Shown here: positions 60,586-64,000 of the stretch, piece after piece
Numbering within the stretch: position 1 is the stretch's first letter
Layout of the letters: each line of letters opens with the position of its first letter
NCBI GenBank assembly: GCA_030428125.1
Contig: JAUIBF010000001.1
Span: forward strand, 426,383 to 490,382
Origin: a bacterium
GTDB lineage: Bacteria > Patescibacteriota > Saccharimonadia > Saccharimonadales > SZUA-47
Reading direction: 5' to 3'
DNA: 64,000 nucleotides
Made by a program: the position numbers and the translations under genes
The notes under the pieces: model-generated
What the model saw: only the letters and a program-made list of their open reading frames with translations
Database searches by the model: none
Told to the model about the DNA's origin: nothing

Positions 60586-61673
60586 GCTTTCTTCTTTCGG
60601 GCTTTATAAGAAGTATTTCGCTCTAAGTAATCTTCGACTAATATTCGAGCACAACCTGCTAGAGGAATCGCTATTAACGCACCAAGTATGCCACCGAGCG
60701 CCACACCAATAATGGCCGCAATAAATACAAGCATTGGTGTTAGCTCTAAACCTTTAGACTGAATATACGGCTGTATTGATGCATTTTCAATCTGTTGATA
60801 TATGATGAAGAACGCTAGCATTGTTATTGCTAGCGGAATACTTGCAAACAGACTAAACATAATTACTATTGTTGAGCTAATAAACACGCCTATATACGGG
60901 ATTAGGTTGAACAGTAAGACCACTCCACCCATAGCTATAGGATTCACTGCCGTTACGTCGAATATAGTCGTGGCAATAAACAGAGCAACCGTTGCGAATG
61001 AAGCACCTATCGCCGCTACTAGAACTTGCCCATTAACATAATTAGTAACGACTTTATACATTTTTTGTGCCATTTCTTGGGCATGTATACGCTTACCTTC
61101 AGGATATTGTTTCCATATAAAATCTAACCACTTAGGTCCTTCTATAAGCATCATAAAAGTAAGAATTAACACAGTTATTATCGAGAATACGTTGGCAATT
61201 ACTCTATTTGAAGTTGAAACAACACTATCGGTGTCTAAGTTTTCTGCCCAACTATTAGCAAACTCGCTTACTTGTTCCTCCAGGTCGTGCCTGCGCACAA
61301 AATCTCCTATAGCGCTATCATTATCTTCGAGTTGTCTAATCGTCTCAGGTGCATCTTGGACGAATTTCGTTGTTTGCTTAACCAAAGGAGGTAGCACTAG
61401 TGCAAAAAATGCTATTAAAACACTTACGATAGCAATGTACGCAACAGCAGTAGCTCTTATGCGACTTTTTATATTGAGCTTGGAGGATACCCAATTGACA
61501 GCCGGGTTTAATGCCATTGCCAAGAAAAAACCTACAAATATCATGGTTAAAGGATGTCTAATCGTATCTATTAGCTGGATGACAATAACTGACAGCAATA
61601 CCAGACCAATAACTCTCAGGATAGTCCTGTTGGAAACAGTTATCTCCTGTGCATCTTTTTTACCAAATATCAT
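60582..61673 (-). CDS. AI-2E family transporter (PerM/UPF0118)
   Basis: 363-aa, 8-TM protein with the typical family layout. Its stop overlaps the cysS stop (CTAG). Confidence 0.8.
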   Translation of the reverse strand: MIFGKKDAQEITVSNRTILRVIGLVLLSVIVIQLIDTIRHPLTMIFVGFFLAMALNPAVNWVSSKLNIKSRIRATAVAYIAIVSVLIAFFALVLPPLVKQTTKFVQDAPETIRQLEDNDSAIGDFVRRHDLEEQVSEFANSWAENLDTDSVVSTSNRVIANVFSIITVLILTFMMLIEGPKWLDFIWKQYPEGKRIHAQEMAQKMYKVVTNYVNGQVLVAAIGASFATVALFIATTIFDVTAVNPIAMGGVVLLFNLIPYIGVFISSTIVIMFSLFASIPLAITMLAFFIIYQQIENASIQPYIQSKGLELTPMLVFIAAIIGVALGGILGALIAIPLAGCARILVEDYLERNTSYKARKKKA

Positions 61674-61713
61674 TCTTCTTCGATTATCGTATTTTTATCT
61701 TCTTTAAGCAAGT

Positions 61714-62817
61714 TTAGCTTAAGTAATCTTCCTCTAAATGCTTCACGATGAGGTTTATGTCGTAGTTTTTTGCATCCTCGTGTTGCTTTTTGCCTAATTT
61801 ATTCCTTAGAGGTTTGTCATCAATAAAGGTGTTCAGTGTTTCTGCAATAAACGTTGGATTACGAGCGTCGAATAAGGTTTCTCCCCATTTATGCAATACG
61901 CTTGCATATCCAGGATTATCTCCACCTAAAGTCACGCCAGCACCTGCCGACATTGCTTCTGTTAGCACAATCCCGAAGCTCTCTCCGCTCGTTGAAGGGA
62001 AGACTGCGATATCAGCTCCTGACAATAACTCAGCTTTTTCTTGTTCACTTACAAACCCTGGAAATTCAATATTGAGTTCTTTGTCCTTAGCATACTTAAC
62101 CAATTCGTCGTGCATCGGTCCTTTACCACACATAGTAAAGCTGATTTTGTCTTTGTTTTTTAGCAACTCATAAGCTTTTACAAGTTGTTTTACTCCTTTG
62201 CGCTCATCGAACCTACCAACAAATACTATATTAACTTTACCTTTAGTTTTTTTAGGTTTTGCCTTTGAAAAAAAATTGTAATTTACAGGGTTAGGCAACA
62301 CCGTACCGTCAAGATTAAATGACCCGTTCATGAAATTTAATGCTGGTTCGGATACTGCATAGGAAGCTTTAATTCTTTTATGGGATTTGGTTAATGCTCT
62401 GGCAAGTATTTTCGTACCGTAGATTGAAGCGATACTATACGGAAGGATATGAAACGTTCCAAATATTTTAGTTTTTTGGGGTGCTAACTTTATGCACTTA
62501 GCCGCAAACAATGGGCTATACGGCATTTGAACATGGATAACATCGAACTGTACTTTACTAAAAAGCTCTTTGATAGTTTTTGATGATACAGGTAGAGGGG
62601 TTCTGACGGAGTTACCATTAAACTTGGTGGACCAACTTTTACCAACCGAGTGAATATTTTTTAGATCACTACGTTCAGTCTTGGATACTATGTAGTGAAC
62701 ATCGTGACCTTTTTCTCGCATTTGCTCAGCAATGGCAATCACTGCTTGTTGCACACCGTCAGAAACATCCAACGTGTCGTCTAGTAAATAGCCGATTGTG
62801 AGTTTCTTTTGTGCCAC
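61714..62817 (-). CDS. Family-4 glycosyltransferase
   Basis: GT-B fold with C-terminal ESFGIVLTEAMSAG (the EX7E region); 367 aa. Confidence 0.85.
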   Translation of the reverse strand: MAQKKLTIGYLLDDTLDVSDGVQQAVIAIAEQMREKGHDVHYIVSKTERSDLKNIHSVGKSWSTKFNGNSVRTPLPVSSKTIKELFSKVQFDVIHVQMPYSPLFAAKCIKLAPQKTKIFGTFHILPYSIASIYGTKILARALTKSHKRIKASYAVSEPALNFMNGSFNLDGTVLPNPVNYNFFSKAKPKKTKGKVNIVFVGRFDERKGVKQLVKAYELLKNKDKISFTMCGKGPMHDELVKYAKDKELNIEFPGFVSEQEKAELLSGADIAVFPSTSGESFGIVLTEAMSAGAGVTLGGDNPGYASVLHKWGETLFDARNPTFIAETLNTFIDDKPLRNKLGKKQHEDAKNYDINLIVKHLEEDYLS

Positions 62818-62822
62818 AAAGA

Positions 62823-63932
62823 TTACACCAACTTTTTATAAATTTCTTCGTAGGCATCAACTACTTTTTCGTAGTCGAACTGCTTAACGTAATCCTTTGC
62901 CCAATTCACCCAAAGCTCTCTGATATCCTCTTGCTCCATCAGTAGCTGCATCCTTTCAGCATAAGCAACAGGATCCTCGCAATCTACAAGTGATATACGC
63001 CCTGTGTCTTTCATAACCCATTTATAGCCATCATTCGGATGACAAACGACCGGGATCTGCATACACATTGCCTCGGCCAACACTATACCGAAGCTCTCGC
63101 CATACAGAGCAGGGGTGGTATAGATACCACATGTCGCTAACAGTTCTAACTTCACTTCGTCATCAACATACCCTAGAAATTCGACGTCTTTAATTTTCTG
63201 AACCTTTACATAAGACTCCAGTGATTTTCGGAGGGGTCCATCGCCAGCTATCTTGAGCTTTGCATCTGGTTTTAATTTCTTTAGTTCCACAAATGCTTTT
63301 ATAGCAGCCCTCGCGCCCTTTCTTTTCTCCAGGCGCCCGATAAACAAAACCGTGTTTAGATCGCGCTTTTTATCGCGTGCTCTATAGTGAGACAGCTCTA
63401 CCCCGTTAGGGATGTAATTTATTGTTAAATCTGTAAAATCTTTAATATATCCGATGGCAGCAGTTGAAACAGCTGTAATTGCGTCAATATGTGGCATTAC
63501 GGCTCTGGCATAAGTCTTATAGGTTGTCACCAAAGATTTACCTAGGGTGTTACCGGGCAGCGCTGCATGAAAGGTCCCAACTCGAGTAACTTTTCCTTCT
63601 GCTCGAGCTAGAATCTGACGACCAGAAATAGGGACGAGAGGCTCGTGGACGTGCAGAATGTCGTAACCTTTGTCCAGAGCTTCGTCGATAGCTTCTGTAT
63701 ACACACTTACTGAAACGTCGGAGCTTGTTGCACTAGGGGTTTTGATGCGCGCAGAAACGCCTAAGAAATCAACTCCTTCTGGTGCATCGTGAACGTACTT
63801 ATCTCTTGGTCTAGGTGTAATAATCGTAACGTCATGACCGCGTTTGCGCAGTATCTGAGCTTGATACTGCACGTGTTCTCGAACCCCACCGTGTTTGAAT
63901 ATATTGTAGGGTGTAAAGATAGCTATTTTCAT
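62823..63932 (-). CDS. Family-4 glycosyltransferase
   Basis: MKIAIFTPYNIFKHGGV N-terminus and ESFGIVLAEAM motif; 369 aa. It is in tandem with the previous GT4 gene. Confidence 0.85.
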   Translation of the reverse strand: MKIAIFTPYNIFKHGGVREHVQYQAQILRKRGHDVTIITPRPRDKYVHDAPEGVDFLGVSARIKTPSATSSDVSVSVYTEAIDEALDKGYDILHVHEPLVPISGRQILARAEGKVTRVGTFHAALPGNTLGKSLVTTYKTYARAVMPHIDAITAVSTAAIGYIKDFTDLTINYIPNGVELSHYRARDKKRDLNTVLFIGRLEKRKGARAAIKAFVELKKLKPDAKLKIAGDGPLRKSLESYVKVQKIKDVEFLGYVDDEVKLELLATCGIYTTPALYGESFGIVLAEAMCMQIPVVCHPNDGYKWVMKDTGRISLVDCEDPVAYAERMQLLMEQEDIRELWVNWAKDYVKQFDYEKVVDAYEEIYKKLV

Positions 63933-64000
63933 CCTGTTAGAAATCCCTTCTTATGGGGTCTTTGGTTACCCGTGCTACGTAGTTTGATATGTGTAGGTTT

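Noticed and set aside
1-64000. Search for CRISPR arrays, rRNA genes, transposases/integrases, inteins, introns and a recoded genetic code.
   Set aside because: I noticed no spaced direct-repeat array, rRNA signature, recombinase-like ORF or oversized host gene. TGA terminates conserved genes at their expected ends (trpS, dcd, the rluA-family gene), so code 11 applies rather than code 25 or code 4.

Overview
This is a 64-kb chromosomal segment from a compact, moderately AT-rich bacterium that uses the standard code (TGA is a stop in conserved genes). Gene content and order look like Patescibacteria/CPR, most like Saccharibacteria. That placement is an inference from the S5-L15 junction lacking L30, tight TAATG gene coupling, and many lineage-specific ORFans.

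Layout:
- 1-11.7 kb: the spc/alpha ribosomal-protein string, rplV through rpsI, with secY, infA, rpoA and an untracked rpmJ.
- 11.7-15.5 kb: a pheA-like/tyrA-like operon and a trpS operon. Each is preceded by a short aromatic-rich leader ORF with alternative antiterminator/terminator hairpins.
- 15.6-18.9 kb: rluA-family gene, holB, a TPR protein, three tRNAs, a PspC-domain gene and rpmG.
- 19.1-23.4 kb: a GH15/GH57/GT4 alpha-glucan cluster on the minus strand.
- 23.6-31.1 kb: typA, vanY-like, an archaemetzincin-like peptidase coupled to dinB, ORFans, a PRTase and maf.
- 31.3-38.9 kb: tRNA-Trp followed by ORFans and accessory genes.
- 39.1-50.6 kb: secE-nusG-rplK-rplA-rplJ-rplL, unusually broken up by ORFans. 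A 6.8-kb insert between rplA and rplJ carries Nudix-dcd-unknown-tmk::thyX and a small ATPase cassette.
- 50.7-64 kb: tdk, dnaX, dnaB, ybaB, recR, nrnA-like, cysS, an AI-2E transporter and two GT4 genes.

I saw no rRNA, CRISPR array, transposase or integrase. The most interesting signals are regulatory RNAs: two paralogous leader-peptide attenuators, an L1-binding rRNA mimic before rplA, and an rplJ leader with a terminator. Also notable are the fused Tmk-ThyX with complementary degenerate halves and the ORFan-interrupted ribosomal cluster. All coordinates for untracked elements were counted by hand from the sequence, anchored on track ORF ends.
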